Below are positions 1 to 14,552 of a DNA stretch of 64,000 nucleotides, one piece after another; the stretch's first letter is position 1, and every line of letters begins with the position of its first letter. The stretch comes from Lingula anatina (lineage: Eukaryota > Animalia > Brachiopoda). The stretch covers positions 14,446,001 to 14,510,000 of the forward strand of contig CM120649.1 of assembly GCA_051362555.1 (NCBI GenBank), written 5' to 3'. Position numbers and translations under genes: made by a program. The notes under the pieces were generated by a model. It was not told the DNA's origin. It did not search any database and saw only the letters and a list, made by a program, of their open reading frames with translations.

Positions 1-160
1 TCTTAGGCAGGCTCGGCCCAGCAAACTTGTACGCCTCGTAGAACCGAGAGAAGAGCAGCGGCCATTTGTATTTTGCATAGTTGACGATGTCCTCCTTAAC
101 CTTCAGACCTGGCACCTGGTCACGCTTGAAGTAGCTGTTACGGTGACAGTTTATGACACC
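1..160 (-). CDS. MYO7A: Myosin VIIa coding exon 30, truncated by the window edge ([11 protein letters not shown]...[22 protein letters not shown])
   Basis: Acceptor atatttag, phase 0; conserved FERM-1 sequence. Confidence 0.93.
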
Positions 161-2115
161 CTAAATATTGCATAAAAATTATGATATACTAACTGACATT
201 TCACAAAATCTGACTTATCATTAATAAAAAGTAAATAAATTATACATCTGTTGTAATAATCATCGAGCTAAAAACAACTATTTTAGCCCCAAAGTCCAAA
301 AATTTATAACTGACTAATTATCTAATATGAAGTGCTCAATCTTCCAGTAGTAATCTTTTGCAGCTGCATACTGTTAACAGCCTGAAGGATATAAAAAGAC
401 ATAAAGGAATGGAGTCTATCATATTCCTCATCTGTATCATAATCTCCACAGTGCTGCAGAAAAAGCTATCTTCATCCTATTTTGACAATAACAATAATAA
501 TTATAACAGATAAATAATTAAATAAATAAGTGCTCACATTCATCCAGTAGTTGATGGTCTTATGCTGCAGGCTGCTGTCAGGTATATAAGAAGGCAGTAG
601 GGAGTGGAGACGCTCAGGCACCATGTCTGTTCCATAGTCTATGTAGTACTGCTGGGCAGCTATCATAGCCAGATCTTCATCCTGTAAGCAAAGTAAAGCA
701 ATGCTGTCAAATGTACAGACAAAACAGCAAATAATGATACGTAAAATAGGTTATTTAGTCAATTTGATGCAATACTACAAGAGCTTAACAAAGCTATTAC
801 CATCAAATTCTAATGATTTACAACAGCTGACTTGGACAATAGCAAAATTTTAAAAGCACAGGGCTTGTGGGGCATGGGATTTAAGAGCCACTCATACAAG
901 AGGGAACGCTAAGCTAAAAATAAAAGAATCAAGACAAGCAGCTCATCTATATTCTTTGAAAATTAAACTCTCTTCAATATACATAAAAGCTGCCATCCCA
1001 AGCAACACTCCAAGTCCTATATTCTCCAAGCACCTGCTATAACTTACCTTCTCACAGCGATATTCTCCAAACTTGATCCCTCGCACCACCTGCTGGTAAA
1101 TGAGGTTGGTGGCGATGGAGTCGTCGCTCGGGTCATGCCAAGGAGCAAAGATCTCCTTGCGGAAAAACAGTCGCCAGGGGGCATTGCGTTCCTGAGCCCC
1201 TTGCTCCTTGGCGTACTGCTCACACTGTGATATGGCGTCCATGACGTGATCGCCTCCACTTCCTAGAGATGATACCTGAGAAGACACACACGAGACTGAT
1301 TACGACATGAATTTGACGCATGTCATGTTATACAGGGATGAGACTGCCATTAAGTGAAAAAGTTGGAAAACATGGTGTAGGCTACAGGGGGTAGCCAGGG
1401 CCAATGATATTTTCGACTCCTAAAATGTCAGAAAATCCCCTGATACCCATGAAAATCTCATCCCTGGTTATATGATGTCAACATGATAAGAAGGAATAAG
1501 AATGTCAAAACTATGATTTTTGTACAGGTGTATAAACTGATATAATAACACGTTAGTGTATAATATATGGAGATACATCCATTCTGAGTAAATTTGTTAC
1601 ATGAAATTTGCATATCTAATGCAAGACAAGCTGCTGTCCACAAAAAAATGGGAAAAAAAAAGAAAAATCACATACATACAGTATAAAACTGTAAAACCTC
1701 AAGTACAACAGAAAACACTTCATCCCACCAACCTTGTCAAACAAGGCAATATACAAGGAGAAGCCAAACTGGTCTCTGAGGGCTATCTTCTCCGCCAGCT
1801 GGATACACAGCTCTTTAGCCGTTGTTGCAGAATCCGCCAGCAGTGTCTTGGTGTTGCCATCCATGAATGTGATGGGCAACATCAAAGGTTTCTTGGATTT
1901 TGTAGCCTAAAATACAGCATAAAAGATTGCAAATGATTGTGAAATATGCTAATATTGTGAAAGCATTTTATAGTGCATTGAAACATCCTTGTCAATATTT
2001 GAACTTAAGTAGACAAGGAAGATGTATATCAATGAAACAGTCCAAGTTTATAATATTGCTTTTAAAATGAAAGCAAATTTTATTATAATTGTATTATCCA
2101 GGTTTTAACCACAAA

Positions 2116-2160
<45 letters not shown>

Positions 2161-3579
2161 ATAATTATAATAAGTGGTATACCTGTAGTTCCAGCCAGCT
2201 GGGAGGTTGGTTCCTGGTCCCGTTAACCAAGGTTCTCTTGAGGCGTTCTTCACAGTAGGGGGCGTAGCCTGGAGGACCGTCATTGATAAAACAGCGCAGG
2301 TACTTCACAAACTGAAGGTTGAAATATCAATAAATATATGCTAAGTTAGGGTCTATTTTGATGAATCAGAGTTGCCATGTGTGTCTATGCTGGCCTCTAG
2401 AAAAATTGCATGCTTGAGGGACTAAGCAACAGTTTTAAGTATTACAGTTATAAATTCAAAAATATCTGTATAGCTCAACGCTATTTTCCTAGGAGGGTCT
2501 TCTGATATCATTAGACAAAATTCACCCAAACAGAACACATACAACTAACTTAGCCTACAGATTTATTCCCAACCAACACTTTTACACTTTATAATACTCA
2601 CTAAACCAGAACACTTGTACAACTGAAAGTTACCTAAATAAACTATCATTACAGTAATCTGATTTATTTACACAATATTCACTACAATAGACCTAGTACA
2701 TGTTATTACCTTGTCTGATGGGGCAAAGCATCCCACACACAGTGACAGCAGTATCCATCCTCTGGCATGACTGCTCTTGCTGGGGTTCTGGCTGAGCTGT
2801 TTACAGATCTGACTGTAGATCTCATCTCTGGAAACAATCAGGAATGGAATTAAAACATAATATGAAAATATCACATGCAGCTATATTGTTTTATATAAAA
2901 CACTATCATCCCTGGTGTTTTAAACTAATTAGCCATCTTTGTTCCTATTGTGATGTACATACTTCATATTTTGAAAAAAAAAAAAAAAAATGAAGGACAC
3001 TTGATAGGATTAAGAAGTTGGTCCTTTATGACTTCGACTTATATTTTCACTAAAGGCGCAACAATGCCTTTCTGCTAAAACAAGACCCTTCCAATTAAAA
3101 ATTACAGCAATGGCAATGACACAGATAGACATAGTGATCAGTATATATACAGACACACAGTGTCTGGACTTAAATTCCTACCTTAATTCTGGTCTCAGAA
3201 TACCATGCCCAATAATGAAATGCAGCTTCTCCAAGTTTGAGGTAGGCCTGTCATCCAACAATGCATTGCCACTGCCCTGGTACTCGCCATCCCGCAGACG
3301 ATTCGCTACTTCTTCCGTGATCTTGGACTTCTTTTTCAAGGTCAGAGACACGAGTTTCTTTCTCATGCTTCGTTTTCCTACTTTGGTAGGAATGGGTTCT
3401 TTTTCCAGTTCGACTCCCATTCTCTGAGCGTCTTCCAAGTCTTTCTTGTTGAATTTTCTTCCCAGGGTGGAGTAGATCTTAGTCATGACTGGGGTGGTGT
3501 CCTAAATAAAAACAAAACAGTTGATTATAAAAAAATGTATTAGACAAAACATGAGCTTAAATTAAAAAATAATAAGAAA

Positions 3580-3630
<51 letters not shown>

Positions 3631-6600
3631 CAGCCTTAACTAACTTTGCTTTAAATAACAGATGGAAAACTTCATTTTTTAATTAATATATAGTACATCA
3701 TTTAAATATTACCCAATGTCCACTTGAATAAAAACATTCATGCAACTTAAGGCAATCACTTATAAAATGTGAAAATAAATGGAAACAGTTCTCTTCTTTT
3801 TTGTAAAAATAAGAAAAAAATTCACAATATTTCAAAATTTAAACCAGAATATTCTGTAATAATTCTGGGAAAATCCCCACAGTGAGGTTTGCATAACCCA
3901 ACTGGCTGTCACACAACAGACCTACCCTTGAATCAGCCAGTGATGTGTGGTACTTCGGCTCTGGTAAATCTCCCATGAAGCGCAGGATAGTAATCCAGAC
4001 TGCGAGAGCCGCCAGCTGATCCCCTTCGTTCTTCAACTGTAACAGCGATAACTTCAGTGCACGGCGAATGTACGTGTGCGTAGCATTTCCTTGGAAGTAA
4101 GTCGCAGCAAACTTGGCAAATTTATACTCCGAGAGGTCTTCTTGCTCAAACTCTGCGTGGGGGAGGTCAGATATGTCCCAGCCATTTTCAGCAATTGCTC
4201 TGCGACGAGACTCTTCAAAGTCCTGGAAAGGGGGAAGAAAAAAATGGTTTTTATAAAACCATGACATACTGAAATATTTTTTATGTATTTGAGAACAATA
4301 ATAATTCCATTTTAATTTAGAAATTAAGGTTATATCATTCAAATATCATTTGACTTTAATTGCTGTTTTAATGAAGTAAAATAATTATAAATCACATTAT
4401 TATCTTTCCATGGAGAAACAATTATTTGATTTATTATGCCCAATGTTGCCTAAATGATAGAGTCCAAATTTTAATCTGAAAATGTACAACAGTCATAATT
4501 ATAATAATAATAATAATAATTAAAAAATAATAATAATAGTACCTTGAAGCCCTCAGGAGCATTCCCCTCTCCAGAAGAGTCCGTCTGTGCATCTATGAAG
4601 CCAAACATCTGGTCCACCTGGGAGAACAAGGACACAGTTAAAATATCAACAAAACAATACAAAAGGGTAGAAATTAAAAAAACTGTTATTATAATATTAC
4701 AAAAACATCATCAAAAATTGCCAATAAGAGTTAACATGATAGTTTGATGGTTGGCGTACGGTTGTGACTTTTTCTGCTCAAGCACGTTTCAAAGATATCT
4801 CACCATCTTGGAATCATCCACTGGCTCATTCTTCCTTCTCTCCGCTTCTTCAATCATGAACTTTTTCTTTTCCTTCTCTTCCCTCTCGTGACGCTCCTCC
4901 TCATGGACCTCCATCTCTATGCGCGAAAGACGTTCCTACAAGTAAACAAGGTAAACTTGATTCAAATAAAGTCCAGATGTATAATACTTGTTTCTTTTCT
5001 ATCCAAAATGTTTTGGTAGCACACTTATTAATCAAACTGAATTAACTTGGTTCAACTGATGTATAATTTCAGATGATGCCATTTTCTTGTCATTTAAGTA
5101 ATACTACTTTCATCAGCCAGGGCTCGACATTAAGGGTGGCCCACTGGCCCTGGGCCACTGAAAACCAACCTAGGGCCATTGAATCACTTGGGTCACTGGC
5201 CCAAAGAGCAAGTAAAATGTCATGTGCCAAATAACCCTTGCAATATTTACCAACGTCTCGGGCCAGTATTGAAAAAAGTTAGTGTCAAGCCCTGTCAGCG
5301 CAAGTTTAATAGGGACAAAATTCAGCTATGTATTAAGGCACAAAAACTTATTATTTCAAATATAAACCACATATAGAAAAGGCCTGCAATGAAAACTCAC
5401 ATCATAAAAAAAATCAAAATTATAAAAACAGATATCTTATATTAAAATACCATAACAGACTTCTGATTTGGATAGCCTGACATTGTATCAAGCTGTTGGA
5501 CAACCAGAAACATATGTGGCCATATGAATATTACAGCAATATGGATTTTCACAAAACAACAGAATATTTCAACATGACATTAAAACTTTGTCACCAATAC
5601 GGTATATAATACTCATTAAATATTATCCTTATGCAACATATAAATATCTAAAGTAAAGCCATATCTCAGTTAATTTTCAAACATTTCAATTTACAGAAGA
5701 CCTTGCGTGTCACATACACTGGGAATGGAAATTTGTTTGACCTGCACAAAGAATTAAATTAGGCAAAGTTCGTATTAATTAAAAATAATACCAATGAACA
5801 AGTCCGTTCCATGCAAATAAGACCTAACATAATAATAATTTAGTAACAGGTTTTGAGTTGATATGTGGATTTTATTCTATGTGATAAACACTAGATAACT
5901 GTGAGACCCATTCTCATATTTAAAATAAACACTGTACAGCTTTGAACAGATTTACCTTCATGATTTTGCTATTTTAATACTGTCAATGGCCCCCATTTAA
6001 AAGCATTTGTTTAATCTTTTTAACACAAAACTATTTGTCAATGACTAAAAAGAGAAAACACCATTTTTTTTCTCCTAATTACCAACCTCTAAAGTCATGG
6101 CAGGAACCACCATGTACCTCCTTACTGGCAGCCATGATATCTTTCTAGATAATTCTTTTGTGCTAGTTTCCAAATAATTATTTGGTAAAGATTCCAGGGA
6201 ATCGCTAAGATCCTCTTCTGAATTTGTTGGAGACATTTCCATCTTGTCATTTGGAAGAGATTCCACAGTGTTATTCGGAAAAGATTCCTCGGAGTCATTT
6301 TGTATTTCGTCTCCAGAAGAGGAGAAGTCATCCTCCATCTTGGTGACTGTGTCAATATTATATCAAATACTCCAATGCCGGCCCCACCCACCAATGAGAA
6401 ATATTCAAGTCCATCTTTTTCCACAGCTCTTAGGTCATCTTCTAATGTATGTGCAGACTTTTTAGTCAAATTTTGTTTGAAAGTTACTCCCTAAACATTC
6501 CATCATGGAATGCACTATCTGTTACAAATATGTCACTTCATGTCCTGCTCTTCATGTTGCCATTAAAAAAAAAATTAAAATATTCTCTCAAAAATATTCT

Positions 6601-9600
6601 CTCTCTCAGTAAAAGAAAGATGTTCCATCTGCTTCAAAATCTGTCCGTTTCATGGCTGCCACTCAACGGTTACCATGGCAACAGCTGTTTGAGGTCATTA
6701 TTATGATGTTTTAAGGTTACTAACACACATACACCCAAGGTCAGTGAAGTCTTTTTTTTTTTTTTTAATTATACAAAATTCCATTCTACAAGATGTTGCA
6801 CACAGAAACATTGCTTACATTGTTTCCTATCAAAATACAAGTAACTGATGATTTATAACCCTTATAATTACTTTATAAAGGGTGATTTTAAATATATTTT
6901 TCTATCTTCAAGATGCTACATTTCCAAAGGTTATTCATTTTTGTAATGTATTAAATAACCAAACTTTGCCGTAAGTTTCTAAGCTTCATTCTGGTGGTCC
7001 CATTTGAACTGTGTGACATTTATTATTAAAAAAAAAAAAAAAATGTCCCTTACACGATGCACACTATATTTCATGAGGCAAATAACCTTTAAAAAATGAT
7101 TCACTCCTTACATATTTCCTATGTGCATAACCCAATAACTGCAAACTTATTTTATGCAAAATTGTCCCTTTATAACTTTAATATTGAATAAATAAATAAA
7201 TAAATAAATAACAATGTGGACTTATTACATTAAGTATAACACTTATCATTACATGAAAAACGTATACAGAATGAATAAATGACAACAATATATAAAGGTA
7301 CTCTCATTTCTGTAACTTTGCAACAACATTATATATAACCCTGGCAGTCTGTTGGATGTCAGATTCTCCTTTATATCACTTGCAAACTTTTGCACTGTGT
7401 GAGTTTCTTTTTTAATTCTGTTTTCTAAGAAATAAATCCTTGCTTAAATGCAGTTTTTTAAAATTTAGCAAATCTTTGTTAGTCTTATTCTTTAACTAAT
7501 AATAAAGAAAGACCTATTATTTAACTCATAATAAACAAACAAACAAACAAAATTATTTACCTTGTGCAATCTCTCAGCCTCCTGCTTGGCCTTCTTGGCG
7601 TTCATTTGTTTCCTCAGTTTCTCTTCCTCCATCTTCCTGATGCGCTCTGCTTCCAGACGTTTTTGTCTCTGAAAGAGAAACAAATCAACAGTACAGATAA
7701 ATGTTTTGGAAGAGAAAGACACTTCAAATATGTCAAAAATACGAGTTCTGTGAGATGGAAAATAGATAATACCTTCAAGTTGCTCCATATATGTATCATA
7801 TAAAATACAAGAAACAATTTTGATGAGCCTTCAATTAATGTGTAAGATGGTCATAAAACTAAAAACCCATTGCACAAAAATGAAATTTGACAAGCCTTTT
7901 TTAATAGTATTATCTGAAACTAAATCAGACTAGTCAGATTCCATGAGAGGATAACTGCTTAAAATTAGTATCCAATCTCTTATTTCAATTTTTTATTTAA
8001 AAAAATCTCTTACCTCCATTTTCAGTCTCCTGTACTTCCTCCTGGCTATTATCTTCCTGACTCCAGCCTGAATGGTGACCACTGCCCACAAACGCTTGTT
8101 GTATCTCTTCCTCGCCAGATGACCACGGCAGTAACGCTGGAACAAGACAAAAAAGTTTGGTTTTACTTTCAATTTTGAAGTGGATTTATTCAGATATAAG
8201 TTTCATATCATGAATTAAAATATGAATAGTCAAATGAAGAGGTTTGAAAAACTACTGTAAAATTTCACAATAATAATTTTTAAAAATCAGACACAGCTAA
8301 GCTTAGCTCAGAACAATGTACATCTGAACTAAGTAACTGCAAGACATAGCGCCATTTTTATCAGTGGCAAAGTTGACACGATACTGTTCAACGCCTTAAA
8401 TGTGATCATTATGAAAATATAAAAATTTAACACATATTATCATACTAAACAAAGAAATCTGATAAAAAAAAAAATTCAAGAGATTAAACACAGTTTTTAA
8501 CTTATAAGGCATAGCATTTCAAAGAAAAAATTATTTCTGTTCAACACATAACCTGGATACAACTGACTGTCAGAAAAAAAATTTCTTTTAATTTTATAGC
8601 CACTGACCTGGAAGCTGATCATCATGGCGCGGAGTGCGCTGAATCTAGCAGTAAGAATCCTAGACCTGTACAAAGCTTGTAGACGCATGTAGCCATTGCG
8701 CATCTGGAAATCAATCAAACGGTACAATTAGCAAAGTATTGGAATAAAAACTGATCATTTTCACCCAGATTTAATCTTATAAATAATGATTATCCATAAA
8801 TCTGAAGCAAAATCACCATCCTATGTCGACTTTGTTGGTAAAAATATTCCTTATTCTTTTTAATCTGACAAAGAAAAAGATGTATTTTTAACCAATAAAA
8901 TATTTATTTTTCACCTACTAGTAAACTTATTTCAAATCCGCATCTCATTTAATTCTACTATTAAAGCATCTTAAATATACTATGATCTACTATTAATTCA
9001 AACAACATGGCCAGTTTCGTCTCAGTCACATAAAAAATTAACAAAAAATAAACCTTGTGATCAAAATTAACAGATAAATAAATAATTAAACAATCAATGA
9101 TTTCTCATTTAGTTTACCACAATGTATGTCACTTAACAAACAGCCATTATTTCAAATCCCAGACTTTTACCAAATAAAAAAACTAACCAGGCTGTAATGA
9201 ATCTCCCTATCCCATGGCATGTCTTAACTCCTCTCTGACTACTAGTACTTGTAAAACAGAGACTGACTGGCAACAACTGACTGGTCCAATGTTTTTACCC
9301 TCCTACGACTACAAACTCTCTTATCTGGGTGTGACCTTTTCACATATGAATGCGACTATAATCAGCAAGTGAAATCCTCCGTTTCTAATTTCTCTTAACC
9401 TCTATGTCAAGCTCTTCATTTGGATAAAAAAAAAGCAGAAATGTTGATGGTGAAGAGGTAACGGAAAAGGGAAAAGTTGGGATTATAAGGGGTGCGGTTA
9501 TAGGGAAACAGGCTTCCGATCTTTTTTTAATGTGATTAATCCACATCATCATAACTTCTCACCATGAGTTTGAGAGACTCGGACTGCATTCATATTCACA

Positions 9601-10723
9601 CATTGTATACGCTACTGAGAGATTATCGCTGAAGTGCTAGCAGTAGAATCAGCTAAATTGTCTGACACACCTCCCGGTGCAGCTAGGGGGTAATTAACTA
9701 TTGGGTGCTAATCAATGCATTGATTCCAATGATTGCACTATAGGGAGAATTACCCCACAGAGTTGGACCGACCCAGCTGGTACGATGTGTGAATCTGAAT
9801 GCGCCCTTACTAATACACAGACCTGATAGACCTAAGCTATAAATAACCCCCCACCTTACACTTGACTGACAGGAAGGGTGTGTTGTCAAATCATTCCAAC
9901 TGACATACAGCTATCACCAGTCAATACAGGTATGTATTAAATAATCATTATGAAATTTAAACAATGTCATATCCGCTGCCGTCACTGCCCAACCATGGCA
10001 TGAATACTCAAGGTCAGGTTTTAATAGACCTCACGTGAGAAAATGATCTCCCAGGACGAAAGACTAACAAGGCTGCATCAGGGTATCGGCATTTTAAATT
10101 AGGAAGAAATGAATTGTTGGCTTAATGACAAGGGGTCTGGGGTTGCTCCAATCAGGAAAACTGCTAAGAAAAAAACCCAATTAACTGGGATTTCTGATTT
10201 AAATCAGTAGAACATCCTGTCTGTGTTACCTCATAAGTCCAGGATGGTATTTTATTTTTATGGGGGCACATTTCTTTTTGTTTCCTTCATTTTTTAATAT
10301 ATATTAATTTTATTTGTACATCAGTCTTTGGGTGCAAATTTATTTTAGTACTGAGTCTCCTTTGTCTATCTAGTTATTTTCACACCTATTTAAAACCAAC
10401 TTACTGCCAAGTATCTCTTCCTCTGTGCGTACCCTCTCCAGATTTTCTGAATGATAACTGAGCCCGATTTCATCTTTAAGAAACGCCGTCTGCAGTGCCA
10501 GCCACGAATACATTTCTGTATGATCAGGATCTTCTGTCCCAGCACTAGCTCCCTCTCTTGTTCCAGTTTGACATCTTGGGCATCCTTTAGAACAGATAAA
10601 TAAATAAATAAAATAATGGTGTTTTGGTTTTTTTAGGTTTTACATCACATCATTATTTCTTGCATTTTAGTGGTGCATCCATAAGAACATTACACGTTTG
10701 CATTTAAAATACATATTAGTTAA

Positions 10724-10754
<31 letters not shown>

Positions 10755-12144
10755 ACAATGGTTTTTGATTATAAGGTTCTGCATTTACTTTTACTAGCAT
10801 TTAATGAAATTGTTAATCAAATTCATTTAACATTTCATGCAAGTGAATACTTCTGCTGCTGCCCTGTGAAAAAATGTTCCCATCTTAATGGAATAAACAC
10901 TCAATAAAATACAATTTTAATGTGTGCCTATTTACAAATCTTATCAATAAATCAATAATAATGTTGTTCATATGATGATTGTTGTAATAAATCAGGAGTC
11001 GGTGACTCATAATACGTCTGTCTGTATTTGTATATATATCAAATTCACATTTTCATTAGGATGATAAAGGTAGGGGATTTTGGCTGGAATTCTGACTAAA
11101 GACGCTTGCAAAAAACTCTAGAGAGGGCATTGATTGGAATGGGAGTGAATTTTACGGACTGGGGTAGCTCAAAATATCATTCTGATACCAAAATACCATT
11201 TTAAGTACCATGAGCAAAAAAACGACACAGTACCTTCAAGAAAACTTTTCTCTTTCCCAGCTGATAATCAACTTTTCCTAGAATAACTTGGCAGATTTTC
11301 ATTGAAGCTGCCTTGCAGTCTGGGTTTTTATGTGGTGGTAAAATCCCCGGAACAAGGAAACGATAACGATCTACGAAGTTGGCGAAGGTATGCCTGATGG
11401 GATAGCCAGCCCTTCGAATACGGATGGTCTCCATCATACCAGAGTACCTCAGCTGTCGCACGCACAGCTCGCGATCAAATAACTGGAAAGTAAAATATAT
11501 TATAAATAACAGTGTTTTGAAAACTGAACTATACAGGATTAAATAATACTTTATCAAAGTTGACACTAATTGACACGTAGTGTACTGCCATTCAGTGAAA
11601 AGTCGGAAAATATGGCATGTGGTCCACCACCACCCATCCCACCACCAAACACGCATAAATGCGCGCACGCACACACACACACGCACAGGGTTTTTGTTGC
11701 AGATCTACATGGATCTCAAATATGACATTTTGGACTCCCAAAAGTCGAAATCCACCTTCAGTTGGAAATTTTTCATCCCTGATTATTACATACCATTGGT
11801 TTCTTGAACTCATTTGGCTTGATGCAGCGTACAAAGAATGGCTGACAAGCTCCCAGGGTCTTCATCAGGAGTTCTAGGGAGCGTTTGAACTGAGAGCCAA
11901 GGGTGGGGCTCCTCTTTCTAGTGTCTGGGCCCTGAAGATGGATAGAATAAAAAAACACATAAGGACATCATCCATACTTTTTTTGAATGCTAGTGACACC
12001 TATACTTCTGTGGATAAAAAAGATTATCTGCTTTCAAACTGATAAAAGATTTTTAGAAACCTGCAGAAACACAGACTTCGTAGAAATTTAAAGCATTGAC
12101 TTGTCAAACTGCATAATCCCATGTAGCTTTGGATGTAAAAAGTA

Positions 12145-12175
<31 letters not shown>

Positions 12176-14490
12176 ATTAAAATGCTACGTACTAACACTC
12201 AAATTTTATTTTGATATGAATATGAAAATATTTTTAGAGAAAATTCTTTTGAAATAATCAATCAAGAGAAATATCAAAAACTGTTTTACCCACCATATGC
12301 ATATCTTTGTAGAATAAATTCTTGAGAAACTTAAATTGTGATGTCTCTATCAAGTGGATCAAATCTGGACTAAAAGTGTCCCTGTTCTTCTCTAGGAAAC
12401 CTGAAAAAAAAAGTTAATTGAAAATAAATCAAATTAGACTGGCATCCATTTAACATATTTTGTCATGAATAATTCTGCCATTAATAAAAGAAATATCCTT
12501 ATAATTTCAGTCAGCAGAATGGCACTTAATAAAGAGATTTTAAACTTTTTATCATGGACATCACTCATACAAAAACTATAATGGAAAGATTACTGTTGAT
12601 TGACTAGCTGAAATCTTAGGAATAAATACAGAATCTATATTGGCATAGTATGGCAATGACCAATTTGTGCAAAAAATTACAAAATGTTTGTTCAAACATG
12701 CTCGTTTAGTGATTTTTTATCTCTTTATTTATTTATTTTTTTTTTTTTTTTTTTGGGGAGGGGGGTGGCACACAGATGGACTGGCCACACAAATGTCACA
12801 GTACACCATATCAAATTCTCACCATTGATGCTATAGAAGACAACACCAGCAAAATGGTTCAGTCCAAACATTGGGTTCACCTCTGCCCTGGGTCTTAGGT
12901 AGTGGACGTTCTTGCCATGTTGTCTGTGCAGCTTTTCCAGGAGAGAGCGATCAGAGCCCTGGAAGAAAGGGTAGATGGTAAGAAATGGTGAAATGGGATC
13001 ACAGATTCTTTTTTTTTACTTTAAACAGTGAAATTTACAACTTTTACAACGAAAATAATATATAGCTACATTAGGACACTTGTATTTCAAAGCCAGAGAG
13101 GACTGAAATCAGCTCAGAGTTAACTCTTTTACTTTAAAAAGTGAACTTTACAATAATAATAATATATATATATATATTTTTTTTTTTACAAATACAATAC
13201 CTTAGGAAACTTGGACTCCTCATCCACCAAGGCCAGAATGCTCATGGGTTTGACTGCCAACAGATCCAGAATTTCCTGGTTATCCACAAACTCAATGTGC
13301 TGCCAGTTGATGCCCTCCATGTTGTATTCTTCCTGCTCTAGCTTGAAGATGTGGCGCACAAAGAACTGCTGCAGGTTCTCGTTGGCAAAGTTGATGCAGA
13401 GCTGCTCAAAGCTGAAAAGTGGATCGTTACAATGAAAATAAGGTTATTCTATCATAAAGTAGACCTAATTTTGGGTCTGAGAAATTTAGATCAATTATGG
13501 AGATATAGCGATTTTGTAAAACGCGTCCTAACAAGATGACCCAAAACTTGGCCCATTTCTGTTCAAGATAGCTATTCACTTCAATAGTACTGGTTACAAA
13601 ACAGGTGCAGTATTTCATTTCACTTGTCCATTTCCAATTTATCTTGTGTTTCCTTGAACAACAATATTGGTCTAAAATTCAGAGCAATTTTCAGACTTAA
13701 AAAAAAAACAGGGTCCTTGATTCAGGCTCAAGTCCTACCCACCTATTCTTATCAAAGAGCTCAAACCCGAAGATGTCCAGCACTCCTATAGAGGTCCTCT
13801 CATGTCTGTCTAGATTCTTCTTATAGATGGCAGCATTGATCTTCTCCACAATGAAGACAAACATGCGCCCATAGATACCTTTGGAGAAAGAAAAATATAC
13901 AGAGTATATTATCACAAAACACAATGGTAAAATTTGTTGAGGCAAAACTTTCTGACAAAAAATTTTAATACTTAAATTACAGAAAGAAGGTGAACTAAAG
14001 GCTCATACCAGCATATAAAATTTTCAATACAAGGTTAACAAAAATTTATAGTATAACCTCCAATTCAAAAATAACCAAATTCCGGATAATTTTTTTAAAA
14101 ACTGTTATGATAAAAAGCTTGTGCTTTGGGGCTCAGTATAAGACCCACTAGAATGACCATCAAAATTGTTGATATTATTACTTATGACTATCATTCTTCC
14201 AAACCTTTCACAAAGGCGTCCCTGACGTCCAGCGAGTTCTGGACATTCATGCTGGAGATGACCGACTCTCCCTGGGCAAAGATGGTCCTGGTGGTCAAGG
14301 CGTCCACCAAGTTTTGAGGTGCCACCTGTAGTTTAGGGGAGAAGCAAAGGGGGAGATGAAAATTACGAACTGTTCATTGTAATTATCATGATGATGCTTA
14401 TAAAAAGTATTTTGTACATGCATGAATGTTAAAAACATTATTTGAAAATCAAAATAAAACACTCTATAAATAGTATATTTTATAGCAAAA

Positions 14491-14552
<62 letters not shown>

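Noticed and set aside
330-381. Good acceptor (ccttcag) followed by AVNSMQLQK between exons 29 and 30
   Set aside because: The nearest donor gives a 10-nt frameshifting exon, and exons 29 and 30 already join in frame with the expected homology.
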